Virus record (IMG/VR): IMGVR_UViG_3300022468_000816 | Reading direction: 5' to 3' (one strand) | DNA: 64,000 nt | From: an uncultured virus (IMG/VR IMGVR_UViG_3300022468_000816) | Lineage: Duplodnaviria; Heunggongvirae; Uroviricota; Caudoviricetes | Translations under genes and position numbers: made by a program | In this document: positions 8,518 through 16,353 of the stretch, in pieces | Layout of the letters: each line of letters begins with the position of its first letter | Position numbering within the stretch: position 1 is the first letter of the stretch | The notes under the pieces: generated by a model | Seen by the model: the letters and a program-made list of their open reading frames with translations, nothing else | Told to the model about the DNA's origin: nothing | Databases searched by the model: none

Positions 8518-8928
8518 ATGACCACACCTACCCCCCACCCCTACGCCCACATCCTGCGCGCGATCGCTGACGGGCTGAACGTCCAGTGGCAAGATTCCGC
8601 AGGCGACTGGTGCCACCAGAGCCCCACCGCAACTCTGCTCGAAATCTCGGACCAGGAATACGGCCCGGCCCGCTACCGCGTGCACGCCAAGACCATCAAG
8701 ATCAACGGCCACGAGGTGCCCGAGCCGCTGCGCGTGATGCCGACCGAAGACACCATGGTGTACTGGCCATCATTTGGGCCTTCCGCAGAAGACCACGCCG
8801 AGGGTTGCGGAGTCGGCTACTACCCGACCCTCCTGCCCATCATGCTCCTGCAGGGCCTGCTGCACCTCACCCCCGAGGCGGCCAGCGCGCACGCCCTGGC
8901 CCTGATCTCCATCACCATCTCCAAGTAG
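8518..8928 (+). CDS. hypothetical phage protein
   Basis: PHPYAHILRAIADG...TIKINGHEVPEPLR pattern common in proteobacterial phages. Confidence 0.72.
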   Translation: MTTPTPHPYAHILRAIADGLNVQWQDSAGDWCHQSPTATLLEISDQEYGPARYRVHAKTIKINGHEVPEPLRVMPTEDTMVYWPSFGPSAEDHAEGCGVGYYPTLLPIMLLQGLLHLTPEAASAHALALISITISK

Positions 8929-8930
8929 CC

Positions 8931-9146
8931 ATGAACACCACCGCCGAGCTCATCCGCGGACACCGCTACACCGTGCGCAGCCAGCGCAAAGGGACGTTCA
9001 ACGCCGAATTTGTATCCGGCTGTGACACGTGGGCCACGTTCCGCATCACCAGTGGCAAGGCCGGCGCCATGCTGAAAGAGAACGAGTGCGAGGTCGGTGA
9101 GGAAGTCACCGTCCGCCGCTCGTTGTGCAGCTTCACACCGCTCTGA
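8931..9146 (+). CDS. hypothetical protein
   Basis: MNTTAELIRGHRY..., packed between neighbours. Confidence 0.65.
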   Translation: MNTTAELIRGHRYTVRSQRKGTFNAEFVSGCDTWATFRITSGKAGAMLKENECEVGEEVTVRRSLCSFTPL

Positions 9147-9148
9147 CC

Positions 9149-9515
9149 ATGCCCACCATCAACACCCAAGACCTCACCGGCGCCGCGCTGGACTGGGCTG
9201 TGGCCTGCGCCGAGGGCGGCACCTGGACGCTCTACCCGACCGGCTGGCACTGCGAGGCGCCTGGCCGCGCGTATTTCCAGCTGCGGCACATGCCCAGGTG
9301 CCGCCCAGGGCCAACCCATCATCGAGCGCGAGAAGATCAGCACCGTGTTCGGCAGCAACCAAGAGGACTTCCCGGGCTGGAGCGCCACCCACGGGCCTGT
9401 CCGCTACATGCAGGAACCTGACGCCATGGGCCCCACCGCACTGATCGCAGCCATGCGCTGCTGGGTGCTGCGCAAGCTAGGCCCCACGATCGACGTGCCT
9501 GACGAGCTGTTTTGA
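9149..9515 (+). pseudogene. NinX/DUF2591-like gene, frameshifted near 9300
   Basis: N-half LTGAALDWAVACAEG and C-half AQGQPIIEREKI...GPTALIAAMRCWVLRKLG lie in different frames; 367 nt total. Confidence 0.7.
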
Positions 9516-9544
9516 TCAATTTTGCACAAACACCACACCTGAAC

Positions 9545-9564
9545 TGATCAATTAAGAGCACAAT
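9545..9564 (+). promoter_or_regulatory. TGATC-box promoter
   Basis: TGATC AATTAA GAG CACAAT; second degenerate box at 9513-9528. Confidence 0.6.
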
Positions 9565-9599
9565 ACAGGCATTGATTGACTTTATTTGAGGACACGATC

Positions 9600-9737
9600 A
9601 TGAGCCCACACCGCCAGCACGCCGACACCACCGAACTCGGCCGCAACCGTTTCGCAGAAGCCCTGGCCGGCATCGCGCTCGGCATTGTCATCGGCATGTC
9701 GCTCGCCACGGCGCTGTTTTACGGCTGGAGCACCTGA
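9600..9737 (+). CDS. 45-aa single-pass membrane protein
   Basis: GAGGA RBS; MSPHRQ...ALAGIALGIVIGMSLATALFYGWST; below the ORF-track size. Confidence 0.6.
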   Translation: MSPHRQHADTTELGRNRFAEALAGIALGIVIGMSLATALFYGWST

Positions 9738-9738
9738 C

Positions 9739-9954
9739 GTGGCCCGCGGCGCATCGGGCTTGCCGGACAACGTCGCCGCGGCTGCGAAGGCCTACAACGC
9801 ACACCACTTCAGCTGCCAGACCTGCATCGCCGCTGGAACAAACCGCTCCGGCGACCGGTGCGCGGCCGGCGCTGAGCTGCACCGCGCCTACGAGGCCGCG
9901 TTCGCCACCATGCCACCACTACCGCCCTGGAAGCCCAGGCCCAAGAAGCCATGA
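9739..9954 (+). CDS. small Cys/His protein
   Basis: HHFSCQTC...RC; ATGA-coupled to the next gene. Confidence 0.55.
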   Translation: MARGASGLPDNVAAAAKAYNAHHFSCQTCIAAGTNRSGDRCAAGAELHRAYEAAFATMPPLPPWKPRPKKP

Positions 9955-10262
9955 ACCCACACCTGCACCGTGCGGCCGAAGCCCTCGGCAACGCCGCCCA
10001 CCGTCACCGGCAGCTGGCCGAACAGTCCGCCGCCCTGGCCACCCTGGCGCGCAGCATCGGCACAGACGCCAATGCACCCATGCCCGTCGAGGACCTGGCC
10101 CAGGCCTTGCTGCCGCTGGATCTCTGCATCGTGCACCGCGCGTCGGTGCGCCAGCTGCTGGACTTCCTCAAGACCGGCGACGACTCGGACGGCCTCTCCA
10201 ACTCCGACATCCACACCCTGATCGAACGCCTTCAGCTGTCGCTGGTCGGCCGCGCGCAATAA
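9951..10262 (+). CDS. hypothetical protein
   Basis: coupled ORF, GC3-rich. Confidence 0.65.
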   Translation: MNPHLHRAAEALGNAAHRHRQLAEQSAALATLARSIGTDANAPMPVEDLAQALLPLDLCIVHRASVRQLLDFLKTGDDSDGLSNSDIHTLIERLQLSLVGRAQ

Positions 10263-10266
10263 CACC

Positions 10267-10884
10267 ATGACCACCAACCACACCCCTGGCCGCCTGCAGG
10301 CCTTCACCCAGTACGCCGAGCCCGAGCTGCGCGACGAGGCCGGCAACCTGGTGGCCGTCGTGCACCGCTACACCCACGCCAACGCGCGCCGCCTGGCCGC
10401 CTGCTGGAATGCCTGCGAGGGCATGAGCACGGAACTCCTCGAAAACATCGTGCTACTTGGCGAAACCATGCTCACCCGGTTCCTGGCACGCAACCGCGTC
10501 GAGCAGACCCTGATCGCCGACCGACTGCGGTTCATGCAGGAGCGCGACGCCCTGCAGGCCACCGTCAACGCCGTGAACAAGGCGCTGGGTAACCAGCAGA
10601 TGCAACACTTCATCGAGAAGCACGGCGAGCCCGCGCCGATCGTGGCCCAGCGCGACCAGCTGCTGCACGCGCTGCAGCTCGCGCAAGGTGTGGCCGAGCG
10701 CGTCATCGCAGCGACAGGCTTCGACGAGAGCAAGGTTTCTGACTGGCGGCCCGTGGTGAATGCCGCGATTCAGGCGGCCGCGCCAGTGCAGGGCCAGCAG
10801 CAGCCGGCCAGCCGCATCACCTCGACCAACATCTGCGGGACCCGCAGCGAGGAAAAGTGCAACTGGGTCGACATCGAGCCCTAA
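10267..10884 (+). CDS. hypothetical phage protein
   Basis: HTPGRL...ANARRLAACWNACEG pattern typical of small early phage proteins. Confidence 0.72.
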   Translation: MTTNHTPGRLQAFTQYAEPELRDEAGNLVAVVHRYTHANARRLAACWNACEGMSTELLENIVLLGETMLTRFLARNRVEQTLIADRLRFMQERDALQATVNAVNKALGNQQMQHFIEKHGEPAPIVAQRDQLLHALQLAQGVAERVIAATGFDESKVSDWRPVVNAAIQAAAPVQGQQQPASRITSTNICGTRSEEKCNWVDIEP

Positions 10885-10958
10885 TAAGGCAGCCGCTGCA
10901 CGGTCTGCGGCATCACCATCCCGTTCTAACGACCGCCCTGCCCGGGGCGCCCACCACC

Positions 10959-11333
10959 ATGGCAACACGAACCAAACCCACACCAGCGCTCAACAGCGAC
11001 CGCCGCCAGGTCATCATCGAGCGCCTCGAAGCCCGCTGCAAAATCGTCGACATGGGCTTCATCCTGGACGGCAACCCCTCGCCCTGCCACCTCTGGACCG
11101 GGCCCACATCCGGCACCGGCCGCGGCGGCAACTACGGCCGCATGAGCCTGAACGGCCAGACCGTGGCCACCCACATCGTGGCCTACACCCACTACTACGG
11201 CTACGTGCCCGGCAACCGCCAGGTGGACCACCTGTGCAATCAGCGGCTGTGCTGCAACCCGGCGCACCTGGAGCTGGTTACCCACCTGCGCAACCAGCGC
11301 AGGCGCGCCGACCGCGCGAAGGCGGCCGCATGA
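10959..11333 (+). CDS. HNH endonuclease
   Basis: CHLWTG...YGRM...VDHLCNQRLCCNPAHL. Confidence 0.85.
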   Translation: MATRTKPTPALNSDRRQVIIERLEARCKIVDMGFILDGNPSPCHLWTGPTSGTGRGGNYGRMSLNGQTVATHIVAYTHYYGYVPGNRQVDHLCNQRLCCNPAHLELVTHLRNQRRRADRAKAAA

Positions 11334-11473
11334 TCTACGACGACACGCCCGACTTCTACGCGCAGCAGGACGCCCTGGCGCGCCAGTACCGTGAGCAGCA
11401 GTGGGCCGAGCGAGCACGGCAGCTGCCCGAGCCGGTACAGCCGCCAGTAACCACACCACCGGCGGAAGATTGA
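11330..11473 (+). CDS. small hypothetical protein
   Basis: ATGA overlap with the HNH stop; MIYDDTPDFYAQQD. Confidence 0.5.
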   Translation: MIYDDTPDFYAQQDALARQYREQQWAERARQLPEPVQPPVTTPPAED

Positions 11474-11498
11474 TCTTTTTTGACCATTGATTCAGAAT
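11470..11498 (+). promoter_or_regulatory. sigma70-like promoter overlapped by a TGATC box
   Basis: TTGATC-17 nt-CAGAAT, ATG 6 nt later; box TGATC TTTTTT GACCA at 11471-11486. Confidence 0.55.
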
Positions 11499-11504
11499 CG
11501 AGCC

Positions 11505-11810
11505 ATGAACAAAGCCGCCCTACTCCTCGCCGCCCTGCTGGCCTCTGGCGCTGCCCATGCCGACAACCTTACGCACATCGCCCGGTACCCCACCGAGACG
11601 GTGACGCTGACCGACATGCCCTGCAAGGCCCCGGGCCGCAGCTGGACGAAGACGGTCATCCACGTGGCCTACTCTCCGGAATACGGCTACTCATACGGGT
11701 GCTTCACAATCTCCGGCGGCGACGTTCACATCGACTGGTACAAGGTCGCCAACCGGCGCGACCTGCCCGAGGTGGTGCCAGGCAGAGACTTCCAGCGCAT
11801 CTCGAACTGA
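11505..11810 (+). CDS. small secreted protein
   Basis: signal peptide MNKAALLLAALLASGAAHA-D; one Cys pair. Confidence 0.75.
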   Translation: MNKAALLLAALLASGAAHADNLTHIARYPTETVTLTDMPCKAPGRSWTKTVIHVAYSPEYGYSYGCFTISGGDVHIDWYKVANRRDLPEVVPGRDFQRISN

Positions 11811-11828
11811 GCGCACGCCGCCCCCGAC

Positions 11829-11853
11829 AAGCCCGCCTCGCGCGGGCTTTTTT
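11829..11853 (+). terminator. intrinsic terminator
   Basis: GCCCGC-ctcgc-GCGGGC followed by T6. Confidence 0.8.
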
Positions 11854-11988
11854 GCGCCTGCTGCTCGTGGTGCTCGCGTGGGGGGTAAACAGGCATTTTG
11901 CTGCGCAATTGATAGCTGCCGACGCTTGCCTGTTAAGCGCTGGAGAATGATTCTACCGTGGGGGGGAGCGACCGGTGCTGCAGCCAAC

Positions 11989-12008
11989 AAAAAAGGCCCC
12001 GAAGGGCC
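11989..12008 (-). terminator. intrinsic terminator after the primase
   Basis: minus strand GGCCCTTCGGGGCC-TTTTTT. Confidence 0.75.
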
Positions 12009-12012
12009 CATC

Positions 12013-14799
12013 TCAGAACGCCGGCTCGTCCTGCTTCTGACGCCGCGCGATGTCGATCGCCGACAGCGGGATCCGGATGCACTTGTTCTGCACGCCGTTG
12101 AAGCGCTCGGGCTTGTTGGTGTTCTTGTCCGCGCCCTCCACGCGCAGCAGCACGCCGCGGTAGTCGGCCTCGTAGGTGGTGCCGGACATGAGCCGGCGCA
12201 GCTCGGTGGACTTGTTGGACAGCACCAGCCACTCGTCTTTCACCTTCATGCCGTAGCGCTGCAGGATGGCGTCGGCCGTGATCTCGTTGATCTCGGCGAG
12301 GCCGGTCTCCTGGCCGCTGGCCGCACGCACCAGCTCGTACACCGTCAGCTCAATGCCGCCCTTCACGCGCACATGGGCCTCCATGAGCGCCGACAGCGCG
12401 CCGTGCGACTCGTCGGCGTCGTGGTCGTCGCGCAGCTCCTGCCAGTTGTAGCTGTCAAACATTTTGCGGGCCTGCTCGCGCGTGGCCACGCCCGTCGACA
12501 CCAGGGACCAGGCCCCCGCCAGCAGGGCGCCGTACTGGTCGCCGTCGCGCTGGCTGCCGAACACCTCGGCGCCCACGGCTGAGAACACCTCGATGTTCTT
12601 GAGCGTGATCGGCAGCAGGTCAATGCAGCGGCGCAGCAGCCGCGCGCGCACGGTCGAATCCTCGCGACCGGTCAGCTGGTACATGGCCTCCTTCATCTTG
12701 GCCCAGTCGCTGCTCGCCCCGGGGTCGGCGGCCCGCCCGGACTTGAGCGTGAGCACGGTCAGGCGGTCGATGTCGGCCTTGTGCTTGAGCGCCACCTGGA
12801 TGGATGCCAGGCAGAACATGCTGCGGATGTGATAGGTCATCCCGGAGCCGTCGGTGGTGCCCTTAAGGGTCTCGGCGTCGCTTTCGGTGGACGCCTGCCG
12901 GATCAGGCCCAGGATGGACTGCACGCGCTTGGCGTCGCCTTCCTCGTTCGATTCCGACTCATCCATGATGACCGGCCGGGCGTCGGCCCGCAGGCGCTGC
13001 CGGATCCCGGCCTCGGAGCTGTTGCCCTGCGCGAACACGTCGGTGCCCTTGAGCAGGCTGTGCCCGAACTTCGCCAGGCTGGATTTGCCCGAGCCGGCCC
13101 CGCCGGTCATCCAGATGTGCGGCCGCCAGGGTATGGCCCCGCACACCGGCGCCAGGGCGATCCAGCCGGCGAACAGCAGCGCGCTGCCGTCGATGCTCCA
13201 GCGGAACATCTTCATGACATCTATGAGGCGCTGGCCCTCCTCGTTGGTCAGCATGGTGTCGGCCGGCAGCTGCATCGACTTCGCCATCTCGTAGACGAAG
13301 TCGGACTCGATGCGCGTGACGGCGAAGCGCTCGCCTGCCACGGACAGGTGGCTGCCGTGGTGGTAGACCACCCGGCCCTCGTCGAGCCACGCGCCGCGTC
13401 CGCGCACCTTCTCGGTGTCGAAGATTCCCCGCTTCTCGGCCGTGCGGATGATGAACTCGGCCGCGGCCTTGGTGTCTATCTTGGCGCGGCCCTCGCCCGG
13501 GAAGTTGTGCTCCCACCAGTTCAGGGGCGCGAGCTCGATCAAGCCCACCTCGCCCATGTCGCCCTTGCTGATCTCGGCGATCTGGCTCTTGCCGTGCTGC
13601 AGGATGTAGTAGGTGTTCCGGTTGTAGCCCAGGATCCGGAAATGGCCGTTGGCCGCCGGCCCGAGCTCGTCGGGGCCGTCATCCACCGGTGGCGGTAGCG
13701 GGGCGGCCAGGTCCTCGTCGTCGGGTGGCCCATCTTCCCAGGGCAGCGGCCCCGAGGGCGGCGGCGCAGGGTGCAGCGCGGCCTCGACCGCGGCGCGCAC
13801 GGCGTCGGCGCCGCTTCTAGCCAGCAGGTCATTGAAGTCCGTGGGCCGGCCCTCGGCATCGGGGGCGAACGGCGGCAGGGCCACGACGCCGCCCACCGCC
13901 TTCGCGGCCTCGCGCGCGCGGGTCAGCCCGGGGTTTTGCACCGGCTTCTCGGTCCACTGGTCGTTGTCGGCCAGGAACAGGAACAGGGCGTCAGGGAACC
14001 TGGCGCGCAGGGCCTTGGCCACCGGCAGGATGTTGGGCGCGTCGAACGCCACGATGCCGGCATGGTCCATGACCTCGTGCGCGGTGGCCACGGTCGCATA
14101 GCCCTCGCCGATCATGATCAGCATGCGCTGGCGGCCCTCGAACTCGATCTCGCGGGGCTTGCCGATGCTGTAGAAGTGCCCCTCCTTGAGGCCGTCCTTG
14201 AGGTAGTCCTTGTCGCGCGTGCCGCCGAACAGCTTGCCGGTGAAAATGGCCTGCATGCTGCGCACGTTCTTCTTCACGTCGCGGATGGGGATCAGCAGCG
14301 CCTGCTCGGAGATGGTGACGAACTCGCCATTCTCCCGGTCGATGATCTCCCACGCGCCCACCCGCAGGCCGTGCGACTTCACGCCTTTGCGCTGCAGATA
14401 CGGGTGGTCCTGGCCTTCGCACGGCCGGGCCTGTTCCCACATGAAATTTGCGTGAGAAACTGCAGCGTCGTTCAGGCGGCGCTGCTCGGCCTCGCGCTCG
14501 ATGCGCTGGCGCTCCATGCGCGCCTTGAACGCCTTGCGCTCGTCCAGCGTGAGGGGCTTTGTGTTCTTGGCCGTCCAGGTGAATTTGGCGTCGTTGCCGT
14601 ACCGCTTGTTACAGCCGAAGGCGCCGGCCGGCTTACCATCGAGGTGCAGGATGTAGAAGCCGTTTCGGACCTGCTTCTTGTCGCCGTCGACGTGGATCCG
14701 GTGGAACTTGCCGTCAGCAATGATCTCGCCGGTGACGACGATGCCCTGCTCTGCCATCGCCTTGCGGAACTGATCGATGATGTCCGCTTCATGCGACAT
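12013..14799 (-). CDS. bifunctional primase (TOPRIM)-helicase
   Basis: IGEGYATV and LADND TOPRIM motifs; Walker A GGAGSGKS; Walker B IMDESE; RBS GGGGGA before ATG 14799. Confidence 0.9.
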   Translation of the reverse strand: MSHEADIIDQFRKAMAEQGIVVTGEIIADGKFHRIHVDGDKKQVRNGFYILHLDGKPAGAFGCNKRYGNDAKFTWTAKNTKPLTLDERKAFKARMERQRIEREAEQRRLNDAAVSHANFMWEQARPCEGQDHPYLQRKGVKSHGLRVGAWEIIDRENGEFVTISEQALLIPIRDVKKNVRSMQAIFTGKLFGGTRDKDYLKDGLKEGHFYSIGKPREIEFEGRQRMLIMIGEGYATVATAHEVMDHAGIVAFDAPNILPVAKALRARFPDALFLFLADNDQWTEKPVQNPGLTRAREAAKAVGGVVALPPFAPDAEGRPTDFNDLLARSGADAVRAAVEAALHPAPPPSGPLPWEDGPPDDEDLAAPLPPPVDDGPDELGPAANGHFRILGYNRNTYYILQHGKSQIAEISKGDMGEVGLIELAPLNWWEHNFPGEGRAKIDTKAAAEFIIRTAEKRGIFDTEKVRGRGAWLDEGRVVYHHGSHLSVAGERFAVTRIESDFVYEMAKSMQLPADTMLTNEEGQRLIDVMKMFRWSIDGSALLFAGWIALAPVCGAIPWRPHIWMTGGAGSGKSSLAKFGHSLLKGTDVFAQGNSSEAGIRQRLRADARPVIMDESESNEEGDAKRVQSILGLIRQASTESDAETLKGTTDGSGMTYHIRSMFCLASIQVALKHKADIDRLTVLTLKSGRAADPGASSDWAKMKEAMYQLTGREDSTVRARLLRRCIDLLPITLKNIEVFSAVGAEVFGSQRDGDQYGALLAGAWSLVSTGVATREQARKMFDSYNWQELRDDHDADESHGALSALMEAHVRVKGGIELTVYELVRAASGQETGLAEINEITADAILQRYGMKVKDEWLVLSNKSTELRRLMSGTTYEADYRGVLLRVEGADKNTNKPERFNGVQNKCIRIPLSAIDIARRQKQDEPAF

Positions 14800-14836
14800 A
14801 GTTCCCCCGTGTCGCATGCGTAGTTGTTGTGCTCAT
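14789..14836 (-). CDS. putative 15-aa leader peptide MSTTTTHATRGNYVA
   Basis: AGGA RBS 5 nt upstream; runs through the hairpin over the primase start and stops just past it. Confidence 0.4.
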   Translation of the reverse strand: MSTTTTHATRGNYVA

Positions 14837-14971
14837 TCCATTCCTGCTTCATGGCTGCTGAAAAAGGCGGGCGGCGTCAGCAGGAGACGCTTTTCAGCCC
14901 GGGGAGCTAACCCGGGCCTAGCCCTAAAACTGTCATGTCACGCGCGAGTCCCGGGAAGGACTCGCGTGCGA
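14790..14971 (-). ncRNA. structured cis-regulatory leader of the primase gene
   Basis: several stems: CATGCGACA/TGTCGCATG, GCTGAAAA/TTTTCAGC, GCGTC/GACGC, CCCGGG/CCCGGG, CGCGAGTCC/GGACTCGCG. Confidence 0.55.
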
Positions 14972-15026
14972 AGGTGTGAAGTCTGGTGATTATGCCGTCA
15001 GTCGATTCCTACAGGCATGCTCGCCA

Positions 15027-15467
15027 TCAACCGGCGCGCGGCGGTCGATAGCTTGCGACTATTTCCTTTGCCGCCTCGGGGCTGTTGGCCACGCCAGCAA
15101 TGCCGCCGGCCTTCAACACCTGCGCGATGAACTTCTTCTGGTCTTCGCTGGTGCGGCCGCCCGTGGTGCGCTTGGTCTCGATCGCCGTGTAGACGGCGAC
15201 GCGGCCGCCCACCATGTCGGGCGTGATCAGCATGCTGGTCCAGCCGATCAGGTCGGGCGTGCCCACCACGGGCTCGCCGTTGGGCCGGGCGAAGCCCAGC
15301 GCGATCGGGCGCGCGGCCTGCAGGAGCACGGCGCCGGCGTCGAGCTTGCGCACGCCTGCGGGGCCCATGCCAGACAGCCAGGCGCGGCCGGTGTTGACCC
15401 GGAACAGGATGGTGGTGGCCGCCACCGCCACCCATACCAGGCGCTGGACTGAGCCCTCAGCCGCCAT
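15027..15467 (-). CDS. VRR-NUC domain nuclease
   Basis: LFRVNTG...GTPDLIG...AIETKR...SEDQKKF...GGIAGV. Confidence 0.85.
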   Translation of the reverse strand: MAAEGSVQRLVWVAVAATTILFRVNTGRAWLSGMGPAGVRKLDAGAVLLQAARPIALGFARPNGEPVVGTPDLIGWTSMLITPDMVGGRVAVYTAIETKRTTGGRTSEDQKKFIAQVLKAGGIAGVANSPEAAKEIVASYRPPRAG

Positions 15468-15885
15468 GGTTGACCCTGTAGGCGACGATGTCGGTCGGCA
15501 GACCAAAATGTACCCATCTGACTCGGTTAGCCATCAGCCCGTGCACTTCGATGCCGTTGCGCTGGCGAACATCCACGAGGACATCCGTTATGGGGTGTTC
15601 ATACCCAGGGCCCCAATCCAGCCAGGGCTGCTCAGCCTTGGCCTGATCGACCGCGGCCGCGTCCTCGTCCATCATCTCCAGCTTGCGCTGCAGGGTGTCG
15701 ATCGCCTCCTCGATGTCCTTGCGGGTCGGCTTGCCGCCGCCGCGCATGCCGGGAAGCATCAACTTCTTGATGGCGTGACCAATGGCATGGTCGGTGACGC
15801 CGAACAGGTCCAGGACGCGGTAGATGTCGAGCTCGCGAAGGTGGCCGACCCAGCGGAAGTAATGGGAGTGCTTGCGCATACTCAT
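15457..15885 (-). CDS. conserved phage hypothetical protein
   Basis: DIYRVLDLFGVTDHAIGHAIKKLM.PG.RG..K...KDIEEAID. Confidence 0.75.
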   Translation of the reverse strand: MSMRKHSHYFRWVGHLRELDIYRVLDLFGVTDHAIGHAIKKLMLPGMRGGGKPTRKDIEEAIDTLQRKLEMMDEDAAAVDQAKAEQPWLDWGPGYEHPITDVLVDVRQRNGIEVHGLMANRVRWVHFGLPTDIVAYRVNHGG

Positions 15886-15891
15886 TTTCGA

Positions 15892-16344
15892 TCAAAATGG
15901 GATGTCGTCGTCGATGGAACCTTGCGCAGGCGCAGGCGCAGGCGCAGGTGCACGGGCTGGCGCAGGCGCGCGCGCTGCGGGCGCGGCCGCGGGGGCTGCA
16001 GCGCCATCGGGCCGGCCGCCCAGCAGCTGGAAGTCCGCCACACGGATCTCGACCATCGATTTCTCGGCGCCGGACTGGTCGGTCCACTTGCGCTCGCTGT
16101 ACTCGCCGGTCACGCGGATCTGCGTGCCCTTCTTGGCGTACTGCATCACCAGCTCGGCCGTTTTGCCGAAGGCGGCGCAGCGCACCCAGGTGGTTTGCTC
16201 GCGCATCTCGCCGCTGCCCTTGTCCCGCCACTTCTTGCCCACGGCGATCGAGAAGTTCGCGACCACGTCGCCATTCGGGAACGTCCGCTGCTCGGGGTCT
16301 CGGCCCAGGCGCCCCGTGAAATTGCATTGGTTCATGTCAGCCAT
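15892..16344 (-). CDS. ssb: single-stranded DNA-binding protein
   Basis: GRLGRDPE OB fold, Pro/Ala linker, DDDIPF tail. Confidence 0.95.
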   Translation of the reverse strand: MADMNQCNFTGRLGRDPEQRTFPNGDVVANFSIAVGKKWRDKGSGEMREQTTWVRCAAFGKTAELVMQYAKKGTQIRVTGEYSERKWTDQSGAEKSMVEIRVADFQLLGGRPDGAAAPAAAPAARAPAPARAPAPAPAPAQGSIDDDIPF

Positions 16345-16353
16345 GGTTCACTT

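Noticed and set aside
15920..15975. GCGCAG tandem repeat
   Set aside because: Encodes the Pro-Ala linker of SSB; ordinary low complexity.
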